From a virus: 64,000 nt of DNA. The notes under the pieces were generated by a model, which searched no databases, was not told where the DNA came from, and saw nothing but the letters and a program-made list of their open reading frames with translations. The stretch covers positions 96,001-160,000 of IMG/VR virus record IMGVR_UViG_3300044614_002195; one strand, given 5' to 3'. A program made the position numbers and the translations under genes. Positions 28,733-37,216 of the stretch are shown here, one piece after another; the first letter of the stretch is position 1, and each line of letters opens with the position of its first letter.

Positions 28733-29451
28733 CTAGGTTTAAATTGACCAACAACAGCAAAGTCAGATTTAAAGCTAATCACTATAATACGTTTAGCCTG
28801 ACGCAAGGAGATCCTAAAGAAGGAGGCACATGCCCTGGTATGACAGAAGGACCAGGAGGATGTGCCGAGAAATGCTACGATAAAAATCTAAGAAAGTTAT
28901 ATAAAGCATACGCTAGTGTTGAAGATCACAATACTTCACTAGTAGTAGATAAATCTCCTGTAGATATGTATGAGACTATCAAGAATTCTGTAATGTACTG
29001 GTTGTTAAGTGGAGGCAATAGTACTCCCTACTTCCGCATACATACAGGAGGAGATTTTTATAACGAGGAGTATGCGAAAGCATGGGTCAAGGTAATGCAA
29101 GAGTACCCAGGAATAAATTTCTGGGCATACACCAGATCATTGTTCTGTGTTCCTATTCTTGCAGAAGTTAAAAATTTAACCTTGTATCTAAGCTGCGATC
29201 CAGTTAACAAAGACAAAGTACTGAAAGTATATTCAGGCTATAGAAATTATCCCAACGTAGCAATAGCTTGGATGGGTAATGAAATTCCTGAAAATTTATT
29301 TTCAGACAAAGCTTTTTTAGTTTGCCCTGAAGTTACGGGTAAGCTAAAAAATACAAAGACGGAAGGCGCTTGCTCTAGATGTAGAGCTTGCGTTGACCGT
29401 AAACTAAAAAACGGAAAAACAAGACACATACAGTTTCCTATCCACAGGTAA
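28729..29451 (+). CDS. Gp88-like Cys-rich protein (possible Fe-S/radical-SAM-like)
   Basis: TCPG...GCAEKCY, FRIHTGGDF, WAYTRS, LYLSCD, CPE...CSRCRAC. Confidence 0.7.
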   Translation: MTRFKLTNNSKVRFKANHYNTFSLTQGDPKEGGTCPGMTEGPGGCAEKCYDKNLRKLYKAYASVEDHNTSLVVDKSPVDMYETIKNSVMYWLLSGGNSTPYFRIHTGGDFYNEEYAKAWVKVMQEYPGINFWAYTRSLFCVPILAEVKNLTLYLSCDPVNKDKVLKVYSGYRNYPNVAIAWMGNEIPENLFSDKAFLVCPEVTGKLKNTKTEGACSRCRACVDRKLKNGKTRHIQFPIHR

Positions 29452-29496
29452 TAGTCTGCAAAGGTGACTGTATTAACAAACAAAAAAATAAATAGT

Positions 29497-29790
29497 ATGA
29501 CCAAGAAATCATCAATCAAGAACAAGTCCTGCAAAACAGCCAAGTGCACCACAACAAAAACAAACACTTACAATGTTTATGCAGAAGAATTCAATGACGG
29601 TACGGTTGCTCGTTATGTTCGACTGAACAACAGCAAGCATTATTTCATCTCTGACCTAGTCGGCCATTGGGGTCGTGGATTTGTGGACAGCGTAAAAAAC
29701 ATTATCAAGCTCCGCATTAAACACAACAACAACAGTCAAGAGCGTCGTCTTGTGCGTGCGTCAGAATTACGCACACTCAAGTTGGCATAG
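29497..29790 (+). CDS. Basic hypothetical protein (possible DNA-binding)
   Basis: Likely start at 29497 after an A-rich leader. Confidence 0.55.
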   Translation: MTKKSSIKNKSCKTAKCTTTKTNTYNVYAEEFNDGTVARYVRLNNSKHYFISDLVGHWGRGFVDSVKNIIKLRIKHNNNSQERRLVRASELRTLKLA

Positions 29791-29869
29791 TTTCCCTCCA
29801 AATGTTCCCCCCAGAACATTTGGTCGCAGAAAAACAACAACACACAACTCAGTAAACACTAATATTATT

Positions 29870-30130
29870 ATGAATACATACAAAATCGAAATCGCAGACA
29901 AGACCGGACACACAACTGTAGCTGACCTGACGCTAGATCAGGCAGTAGACGGAATTCTGGAGCACGCCGAGAACAATGCCCGCTGGGTATTCATTAACGG
30001 CGAAAAGTTTGAGTTCCAAGGAACCAACTATCGTGCAGAAGAGAACCTCCAAAAGCTTCGCGGCAAACTCGAGGCAGTGCAGGATCCTGCTGTGCTCCTG
30101 ACCGGTATTCTGATCGGCGGCCACAAGTAA
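29870..30130 (+). CDS. Ubiquitin-like (beta-grasp) protein with C-terminal GG-HK
   Basis: 86 aa from ATG 29870; beta-beta-helix-beta pattern ending VLLTGILIGGHK; clustered with JAB and ThiF genes. Confidence 0.72.
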   Translation: MNTYKIEIADKTGHTTVADLTLDQAVDGILEHAENNARWVFINGEKFEFQGTNYRAEENLQKLRGKLEAVQDPAVLLTGILIGGHK

Positions 30131-30152
30131 ATCAGACAGGTCAATCAAAATC

Positions 30153-30190
30153 AAACCCCCTGGTGAGCAATCATCAGGGGGTTTCTTTTT
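30153..30190 (+). terminator. Intrinsic terminator after the Ubl gene
   Basis: AAACCCCCTGGTGA-GCAA-TCATCAGGGGGTTT followed by CTTTTT. Confidence 0.8.
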
Positions 30191-30234
30191 ACCCTTCGGG
30201 GGAGACACATACCACTTATAAAATAATAAATACT

Positions 30235-32334
30235 ATGGACCTACCTTATAAATCTTTTTTAAAAATAGCCAAACAAACACAAACATTAAGCAAGTACGTC
30301 AAGACAATGGACGTAAGCATCGATAAATCTACTGAATATGTGGATAATCAATATGTACCTACAGTAAAATTAGCTTACACAAGTCTACACTTCGATACGG
30401 TGGCAGACATGCATGCCTACTCCAAGTATCTACCTATACCCACACATAAGCTTAAAATAGGTGAAGACATCAGATACCAAGATCTTCAAGCAAACATAGC
30501 TCAACGTGGCGGATGGGACAATACGCACGTTATGCAATTTTTAAGACAGGATAGCTCTAAGGGCGAGCCTTCCGTAAAGCTTATCCCTGAAGAAACAGCG
30601 TATGCTTTTCGCCCTAATATAATCAAGCTCGCTCCTATCGAGTATACAGAAGGAGACTATACATACAGAATCCTTACAAACCAGAGTAGTAAAAACTATA
30701 CCGCTCGTATTCGAGTTATAGCTAGAAACGATGAGCCTATTTACGATTACCTGGATAAAGGGTTTTTCGTAATGACTGTTAATGAAAAATCTGACGAATT
30801 AACTAAGCCTTCGTTTGTTGTGTCAGATAGCTATGATGTGAATACTGCACACATTTTTATGATGTGTAAGCTACAGCATAACCTAATCAGTATGCTGAAA
30901 GACGAATGCTTTGTGAGTAAGTATGACGCAGAAATGCTTAAACTTAAAATGCTCAGAAAGCTAACTCCTGAAGCTAAAGCGTCATACTTGAAGCATTCGA
31001 AGGCGATTGATGAAGACTATCGTAAGAATACTACACTGGTAGTAGTTGGGAAATTGCTTAGCGGCGAAATTAAAAAAACGACTATTAGAGAAGTAGAGTT
31101 TTCAGCTACAACAGCAAAGTATGAGAATACTGAAATTGAAGCTGAGGATCTCATGACTGTACTGTCAAGAGACCTTGATTTTAATAGCGAGTTTGACATC
31201 TATGCTGTGGCTCAACTGTATGCCAATTATGCTGAAAAGTGCTTGGACGCTAAAGGCTGGAGTTACACAGAAATTGATGACATCAATGCTGGTGCAAATG
31301 AGCTCAAAAAGAAGAGTCTGCCTACGTTTAAAATAAACGGAATCAGTATATCTGCGGCAGTTTCTTATACAGGACAAAGGTACTTAAACGACACCAGGAT
31401 TAATCAGGACGAGGTGGCAAAGGCCATATACCGCGCTTCCTGCTATAGGTCAGCTGAAGACTATAATTTGTTCCTAAAGAGTATCAGCCGCATGAGTATC
31501 AAGAGACATGATATTATTGCAAATGGCCTGCAGGTAAAGATTCACGCAGGTATGACCATAGAAGAATTCAGGGAATCTACTCCTGGTGTAAATGCTCCTG
31601 CCCTTAAATTTGTGATTGATAAGCAAGATAAGCGTATCAAGCTGTATATTGATGAAAATCGACAAGTGCCTGTAGATATCAGCGGGCTGATCAAGAAGGT
31701 ACAAACGATCAACTCAAAAACAAACAATAGATCGTTTTACGATAGGTCAGACAATGCGTACAACTATATCAACAGAGATCATATTTGGGCAGCTGCGGAG
31801 CTTACAAAAGCCCTGATTGAGTTCACTACGTTCCCTGTAAAGTTTAAGAATCTGGAAGATGGTACGGTAATAGAAAAAGACCAGGTACTGATATCTAAAG
31901 ATGACGTTGCTAAACTGTTGAAAGTAGTTGATGAGCAGAACAAAGCTAAAATCGAAAGATCTAAGCAGTTCTTGAGTACTGCAGTAAAGCTTACAGGAGC
32001 TGAAGAAATTGAGTTCTTGGGACAAAAGGCTTATAGGGTAAAGGGTAGCCTTAGAGAATATGCTATAGTCATCAGTAACGCCAAGGTCTACGATTATGAG
32101 ACAAAACAATATCGCTGCATTGTTAATGACAGGCACTATAAAGGTGCAGGTTATGACGACGTGGCCAGCAGACTATTGGCTCTCAAGAACGACTCGGTAA
32201 TGCAAGATCATATCGGCACATTACGAGGGCAGGCTCAGCCAGGAGCTGAAAACGCTCACAATGATTACAGACCTGAACGTGACGTGCAGGACGTAATTAG
32301 CCCGATTGTAGATAAAGCATTCGAGAAAGTATAA
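30235..32334 (+). CDS. Large hypothetical protein with candidate E2-like C-terminal domain
   Basis: Likely start at 30235 (699 aa). C-terminal beta-meander, then AKVYDYETKQYRCIV (Cys628), then helix DDVASRLLALKND. Confidence 0.5.
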   Translation: MDLPYKSFLKIAKQTQTLSKYVKTMDVSIDKSTEYVDNQYVPTVKLAYTSLHFDTVADMHAYSKYLPIPTHKLKIGEDIRYQDLQANIAQRGGWDNTHVMQFLRQDSSKGEPSVKLIPEETAYAFRPNIIKLAPIEYTEGDYTYRILTNQSSKNYTARIRVIARNDEPIYDYLDKGFFVMTVNEKSDELTKPSFVVSDSYDVNTAHIFMMCKLQHNLISMLKDECFVSKYDAEMLKLKMLRKLTPEAKASYLKHSKAIDEDYRKNTTLVVVGKLLSGEIKKTTIREVEFSATTAKYENTEIEAEDLMTVLSRDLDFNSEFDIYAVAQLYANYAEKCLDAKGWSYTEIDDINAGANELKKKSLPTFKINGISISAAVSYTGQRYLNDTRINQDEVAKAIYRASCYRSAEDYNLFLKSISRMSIKRHDIIANGLQVKIHAGMTIEEFRESTPGVNAPALKFVIDKQDKRIKLYIDENRQVPVDISGLIKKVQTINSKTNNRSFYDRSDNAYNYINRDHIWAAAELTKALIEFTTFPVKFKNLEDGTVIEKDQVLISKDDVAKLLKVVDEQNKAKIERSKQFLSTAVKLTGAEEIEFLGQKAYRVKGSLREYAIVISNAKVYDYETKQYRCIVNDRHYKGAGYDDVASRLLALKNDSVMQDHIGTLRGQAQPGAENAHNDYRPERDVQDVISPIVDKAFEKV

Positions 32335-32336
32335 TT

Positions 32337-32771
32337 ATGTATATATTCAGATACGGTATAGAATCGTTCCTTAAAGCCATGATTGGTGCTTCTCTAGAGT
32401 GTACAAGCACCAAAGAGGAGGAAGGCGGTATTATCATGGAAAAAGATGCAGTGTATGAGTTCGTAAGAGTTAAAAATGTTTACGAAGGCACAGACAGAGC
32501 CTCAGGATTATATGAGACAGATCAAGAAGAGTTGTCTCAATTGATATTCTCCAGAGTCTGTAAAGGCTGGAAAATGCATGCCAGCTTTCATACGCATCCA
32601 TCGTTCAGTCCTACTCCTAGCAGCCTTGATTTGGATAAACTATTTCAAGGCTTTAGATACAACATCATATGGTCACCAACGCACAGAACATTCTCCTATT
32701 CAGCATGGATGGGTGAAGACTCGTATGTGACATACCTACCTATTAATACAATCGAGAAATTAATTAAATAA
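32337..32771 (+). CDS. JAB/MPN+ metallo-isopeptidase
   Basis: EEEGG catalytic Glu and exact HxH-x7-S-x2-D motif (HTHPSFSPTPSSLD). Confidence 0.9.
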   Translation: MYIFRYGIESFLKAMIGASLECTSTKEEEGGIIMEKDAVYEFVRVKNVYEGTDRASGLYETDQEELSQLIFSRVCKGWKMHASFHTHPSFSPTPSSLDLDKLFQGFRYNIIWSPTHRTFSYSAWMGEDSYVTYLPINTIEKLIK

Positions 32772-32772
32772 T

Positions 32773-33369
32773 ATGAAACTAGACAAAATTGCTATTGCAG
32801 GTGCAGGTGGAATCGGTTCTAACCTGTTGAGTATACTGTTTGACTACGGCTACAACAGAAAGCAGTTCAGCTATATGGATGTCGAGGTTGACATCTATGA
32901 CGATGATACTGTAGATATTAAAAACCTACTGCATCAAAACTTTAAAATTGATGACGTAGGCAAGCATAAAGTTAAAGTGCTAGAAGAAAAATACATTGCG
33001 CAAGGCATTGCTCGTCGGATGACTGAGGATGACTTCAGTAAATACAACGTGATCTTTAGCTGCGTGGACAGTATGTCGTTCAGGAAGAGCCTGTATGAGT
33101 ATGGCTGGAAAGTAGGAAACGATGAGTTATTCTGGGTTGACGGCAGGTGCACTAGCAGGCAAGGTGCATTGTTTACATCCGACATGCTTAAACCTGCGCT
33201 AGAGCCGTTTATTAATGACTCGCAAGAAGAGGGCGGTTGCCTTCTAGCCTACGAGAAAGAGCAGAACATCAGTCATACTCTACCTACAGTGGTAGCAGCT
33301 ATGATGGTTCAAGCATTCCTTAACAAGCTAAGGGGTCAGCAAACATTCAAGTCTGTATTCATGGTGTAA
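32773..33369 (+). CDS. ThiF/E1-like adenylyltransferase
   Basis: IAGAGGIGS, YDDDTVDIKNLLHQNF, GKHKV, SCVDS..FRK, WVDGR; no Zn CxxC pairs; extra Cys in EGGCL. Confidence 0.9.
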   Translation: MKLDKIAIAGAGGIGSNLLSILFDYGYNRKQFSYMDVEVDIYDDDTVDIKNLLHQNFKIDDVGKHKVKVLEEKYIAQGIARRMTEDDFSKYNVIFSCVDSMSFRKSLYEYGWKVGNDELFWVDGRCTSRQGALFTSDMLKPALEPFINDSQEEGGCLLAYEKEQNISHTLPTVVAAMMVQAFLNKLRGQQTFKSVFMV

Positions 33370-33650
33370 TGGCGGACTTAAATGACAAACAGCAGCAGAC
33401 AATAACAGCTGAAAAATATCTTCTAGGTATCCTTGACAAGATCTGCCTAACCGTAGATCTTCGTAGGGATGAGTGGGAGTTAAACAAAGATTTGCTTATA
33501 GCCATAAGTAAAAGCTATAAGACAAAAAAGAAAAAAGATACCGCATTGTTCTATAGCTATGATCAATGCTTCAATATGCTAAAAAAACTAAATATAAAGA
33601 TATCGTCAAAGTTCAAATGGTTCACAAATCTGGAAGAACACGTAAAGTAA
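33369..33650 (+). CDS. Hypothetical protein coupled to E1
   Basis: 93 aa, TAATG overlap. Confidence 0.6.
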   Translation: MADLNDKQQQTITAEKYLLGILDKICLTVDLRRDEWELNKDLLIAISKSYKTKKKKDTALFYSYDQCFNMLKKLNIKISSKFKWFTNLEEHVK

Positions 33651-33696
33651 ATCGCAGTAAAACAAACAAACACTAACTACTAAATAAATAAACTAT

Positions 33697-34767
33697 ATGG
33701 CAATCATCAAACCATCACTAAAATTCGAAGGCTCAGAACTCAATCTTACGGTATCTGCCGCTCCATACATTCAAGAATCTGTCCGCAGGGCAGTGTTCAA
33801 CAAAACAAACAACCAAGAGGGCGCTTACCTGTATTTCTTGCCTGCTTACAAGGCAGACTCATCAGGTAACGGTATCTGGTACAAGAAGATCGCAGTTCGT
33901 GACAACTTTGGCACTAACTTCAAAGAAAAATACTACGTAGCTAATAGGGCTAACGACCCAGCCGAATACTTCGCAAACAACTTCAAGATCTTGTATCCTG
34001 AGGAAGCAAAGGTTACAGACACTGAAGTTAACGGTAGGAAGTTCAAGAAGTATCCAAACTTTGGTCGCGTTACTGAACGTGTTGTATACAACGTGGCTTT
34101 TGCTCAAAGCTTGTCTACAGGCGCGCATGTGCTAGATCTGCCGCTCAGGAATGGCGCAGACAACCTGATGAACTGGCTTGAGGGTAAGGATATGACTGGC
34201 AACAGGCGTAATCCTATCAATGATCCTGATCGTTGTGTACCTGTGTTTGTTAAGCTCAAGGAAAACAGCGCCAACCCTTGGATGATTCAGATTGAAAATA
34301 ATTCTCCAGTACAGTTGCCAGAGCAGCTTGCTGACAGTGATTATCTTTACAATCTAGATGAAATCTTCATAAATAAGCCTAAAGAAGAAATCATTGCAAA
34401 GCTGCGTGAGATGTATTCTGCGGATGTATTTGAGGATTGCATGAACGGTTACCCTGGGTTAACCAAGTCTAACACAGCAAGCTTCAATGTTACAGCCAAG
34501 CAGGTTACGCAGCCTGCTGTAGAATTACCTCCAGCTAGACCTCAAATGGAGATAGCTAAGGCTGTAATTAGTAGCGCTCCTGTCGCAGTGCCGGCAATAG
34601 AAATACCTAGAGCAGCGTTGACTGCCCCAGCGGTTGCCGTTAATGTTCCTATAGTGGCAAACATCTCTGATGCTCCTGCCGCTGTAGATATATCTTCCCT
34701 GCCACCAAATCCGATGGCAGGCAAGATTAGCCGCGCAGATGCGCTTAAGTTCATCAACCAAGACTAA
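33697..34767 (+). CDS. Probable single-stranded DNA-binding protein (gp32-like)
   Basis: YFLP, aromatic-rich beta core, YNV motif, Ala/Pro low-complexity tail; immediately upstream of recA. Confidence 0.55.
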   Translation: MAIIKPSLKFEGSELNLTVSAAPYIQESVRRAVFNKTNNQEGAYLYFLPAYKADSSGNGIWYKKIAVRDNFGTNFKEKYYVANRANDPAEYFANNFKILYPEEAKVTDTEVNGRKFKKYPNFGRVTERVVYNVAFAQSLSTGAHVLDLPLRNGADNLMNWLEGKDMTGNRRNPINDPDRCVPVFVKLKENSANPWMIQIENNSPVQLPEQLADSDYLYNLDEIFINKPKEEIIAKLREMYSADVFEDCMNGYPGLTKSNTASFNVTAKQVTQPAVELPPARPQMEIAKAVISSAPVAVPAIEIPRAALTAPAVAVNVPIVANISDAPAAVDISSLPPNPMAGKISRADALKFINQD

Positions 34768-34774
34768 ATAGACC

Positions 34775-35977
34775 ATGGATATAGACACATACCTGAACTC
34801 AATCAAGAAAAACTTCGGCAAGACCTTCAAGTCTGAAGCTGTTAATCTTGAACTGAATACGGCAGATAAAGAACTCCCGCCTACAGGCATTGTGTTGGAT
34901 AACCCGTTGTTAGAGTACGCATTCGACCGTAGGTTTATGGCCTACGGTCGGTGCTATCTACTCTACGGCAAGAAGGGCTGCTCCAAGACAACGCTATTGT
35001 TTGACCTGGCTAAAGTATTCCAGAAAGCTGGAGGAAAAATGTTTTGGATCGAGACCGAGAACGCTCCTGACTTCAGATATATGGAGTTACAGGGAGTAGA
35101 TCCGAAGCATGTAATCTACCACAACCCTAAAAGCCTGGAAGAGGCTCTTACGTTGTGCAAGATCATCATTCAAAACTATGCTAAGCATAGCGACGGCAAA
35201 ACACCTATCCTTATCGCACTAGACAGTATTGCAGGTGCTAGTACTGACTATGAGCGTGACCAAGATGTGATTGGTCAAACCAAAGTTGGCGAGCACGCAA
35301 AACTGATGAGTGCATTCTATAGGAATATTATTCCGTATCTAGAGTGTGAAAACATGGTGTTTGTTGCTACCAATCAGCTCAAAGAGCAGATTGGCGGAAT
35401 GACAGGCTTCGGTACAGAAAAGCCAGAAGCATTGATTGGTGGTGAAGCTCAGCGCTTTAACTCTACTTATCAATTCAAAGTGGCTCGAATCAAGGATAAT
35501 CTTGAAGAAGATCATATGGGAGTAAAGCGCAAGTCAGGCTCTACTCACACCCTGACAGTAAAGCGTAATAAGCTTGGTCGTGAGGGTAATAGCCAGAAGA
35601 TTGAATTCGATATCCATATCAATGGAGGTATTGATTGGTACTCTCCTCTAGTACGTATGCTGGGTGAAAATTATCCTGCATTGGTCGGTAAAACTGGAGG
35701 CTGGTATACCTGGAAAACTCCAGAAGTGCCATTCACTATTGATGTTGAAGGAGAACAGCAAACCCATAAAATTGACACAGAAAAGAAATTCCGTGAGCAA
35801 GATCTAGGGTTTGTAATCCAGAATAGTAGTGCAGCCAAAGAGATAGTGCGCAAAGCATTCGGTATTCCTGATATGCCTGCCCCTGAACTTGAGATGGAAA
35901 TCGAAAAAGTTAACAAGACAAAACGTAAAAGAGTAAGTGAATTAGAAGTTGAACCACTGGTCGAAAGCTATGAGTAA
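34775..35977 (+). CDS. recA: RecA/UvsX-like recombinase
   Basis: YGKKGCSKTT Walker A, IETE, LDSIAG, TNQLKE, GGEAQRF, KRNKLG, GIDW. Confidence 0.92.
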   Translation: MDIDTYLNSIKKNFGKTFKSEAVNLELNTADKELPPTGIVLDNPLLEYAFDRRFMAYGRCYLLYGKKGCSKTTLLFDLAKVFQKAGGKMFWIETENAPDFRYMELQGVDPKHVIYHNPKSLEEALTLCKIIIQNYAKHSDGKTPILIALDSIAGASTDYERDQDVIGQTKVGEHAKLMSAFYRNIIPYLECENMVFVATNQLKEQIGGMTGFGTEKPEALIGGEAQRFNSTYQFKVARIKDNLEEDHMGVKRKSGSTHTLTVKRNKLGREGNSQKIEFDIHINGGIDWYSPLVRMLGENYPALVGKTGGWYTWKTPEVPFTIDVEGEQQTHKIDTEKKFREQDLGFVIQNSSAAKEIVRKAFGIPDMPAPELEMEIEKVNKTKRKRVSELEVEPLVESYE

Positions 35978-36443
35978 AAAGGAAATTGCTTGGTACAGTA
36001 CAGTATTTGACGAGCAAAGTAATCGCTTTGTCAAAACTGATAAAGTTACAGGAAAGTCGTGGTCTTGGCCTTACAAGGAAAGACCTTCACGTAAAACTCA
36101 CACAGTAAGCAGCAATGGCGTCACTATAGATAAACTGACAGCCGCTGGGTTTAAAGTTAGAATAAGACATCTCAGGTATGCGCTGTATATTCCTAATGAT
36201 TCTTTCATAGGATTGTATATAGGCGTGAGGGAGATTGTCGTACCTTCTACTTTTAGACACAGCCCTCATTACAAGCTGCAGCCTAAAGGAGGGTTTACAC
36301 ATATTACGATCAATATGAAAGACCAAGACTATATCTGTCTATCAAGTGAATGCTCTAAAAAAGATCCCTTCTGCTATAACGTGGGGATTGCTACAGCATT
36401 ATCTCGGCTCACTGCCGGAGACTTAAGTCGGTTGGGTTTGTAA
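35970..36443 (+). CDS. Hypothetical protein
   Basis: Likely start at 35970; C-terminal G.T...S.CS.KD.F...VG...AL.R motif common in phages. Confidence 0.65.
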   Translation: MSKKEIAWYSTVFDEQSNRFVKTDKVTGKSWSWPYKERPSRKTHTVSSNGVTIDKLTAAGFKVRIRHLRYALYIPNDSFIGLYIGVREIVVPSTFRHSPHYKLQPKGGFTHITINMKDQDYICLSSECSKKDPFCYNVGIATALSRLTAGDLSRLGL

Positions 36444-36450
36444 TGTTAAG

Positions 36451-36639
36451 ATGACTAATAGTTACTTACAGAAGCTAGCGGAAATAGAAAAGCTGATAGC
36501 AAAGATGGATCTTCCTGCTTATCGGAAAACTGTGAAGCATAATGATGACGCCAGGTGGTTGAAGAACAATCTAGCGGTCAGAAATGCAAATCACAAAAAT
36601 TACGATAAAGTAATGGAACTTCTGGACAGTTTGGTCTGA
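36451..36639 (+). CDS. Hypothetical protein
   Basis: 62 aa. Confidence 0.6.
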   Translation: MTNSYLQKLAEIEKLIAKMDLPAYRKTVKHNDDARWLKNNLAVRNANHKNYDKVMELLDSLV

Positions 36640-36694
36640 GTTGTGTACATATGCTAGATAGAGGTCCAACCCCTCTACCTAGCAAAACATTTTT

Positions 36695-37198
36695 ATGATA
36701 TTTATTGGATTCGACAACGGAGTAACCAGTCAAGGCATCGGTGTAGTGACTAGCGATAGGCACGCCGAGCTCATTAAGCTACCCATTAAAAAAGAGTTGA
36801 GCTATACCAAGGAGGCTAAAAATATTTCAAGAATAGATTTTTCCGCCTTGTGCGAAATATTTGAAAAGCTGCAGGCTAAGTATCTGGGAGATAAGTTTCT
36901 TGTAGGACTTGAAAGGCCTATGATTAACAGCACCAGGTTCAACGCCTCACTTTCAGCAATACGTGCGCTAGAGTCTACACTTATAGCTATCGAGCAGCAC
37001 TCTTTAAGATACGAATATGTAGATAGTAAAGAATGGCAGAAGGTATTGCTTCCTAAGAATATCAAAGGAAGCGACGAACTGAAGAGAGCCAGCCTCGATA
37101 TAGGTAAAAGGTTATTTCCAGAACTGGATATCAAAAAAGACGCAGACGGACTTCTGATCGCAGAGTTTCTAAGAAGAAGAGAAATTAATCAATTATAA
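36695..37198 (+). CDS. ruvC: RuvC-like Holliday junction resolvase
   Basis: IGFDNG, GLERP, W.K, DADGLLIA. Confidence 0.85.
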   Translation: MIFIGFDNGVTSQGIGVVTSDRHAELIKLPIKKELSYTKEAKNISRIDFSALCEIFEKLQAKYLGDKFLVGLERPMINSTRFNASLSAIRALESTLIAIEQHSLRYEYVDSKEWQKVLLPKNIKGSDELKRASLDIGKRLFPELDIKKDADGLLIAEFLRRREINQL

Positions 37199-37216
37199 AC
37201 TTAATGCAAACAACTG

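Noticed and set aside
32773-33369. ThiF as a thiamine or molybdopterin biosynthesis enzyme
   Set aside because: No thiG/thiO/moaE or sulfur-relay genes in the window and no Zn CxxC pairs; the neighbours are a JAB and a GG-extended Ubl. Not fully excluded.
24047-35977. Inteins or introns in DnaB, PolA or RecA
   Set aside because: Lengths are normal, and no splice-junction motifs or internal LAGLIDADG regions were seen. The HNH lies outside polA.
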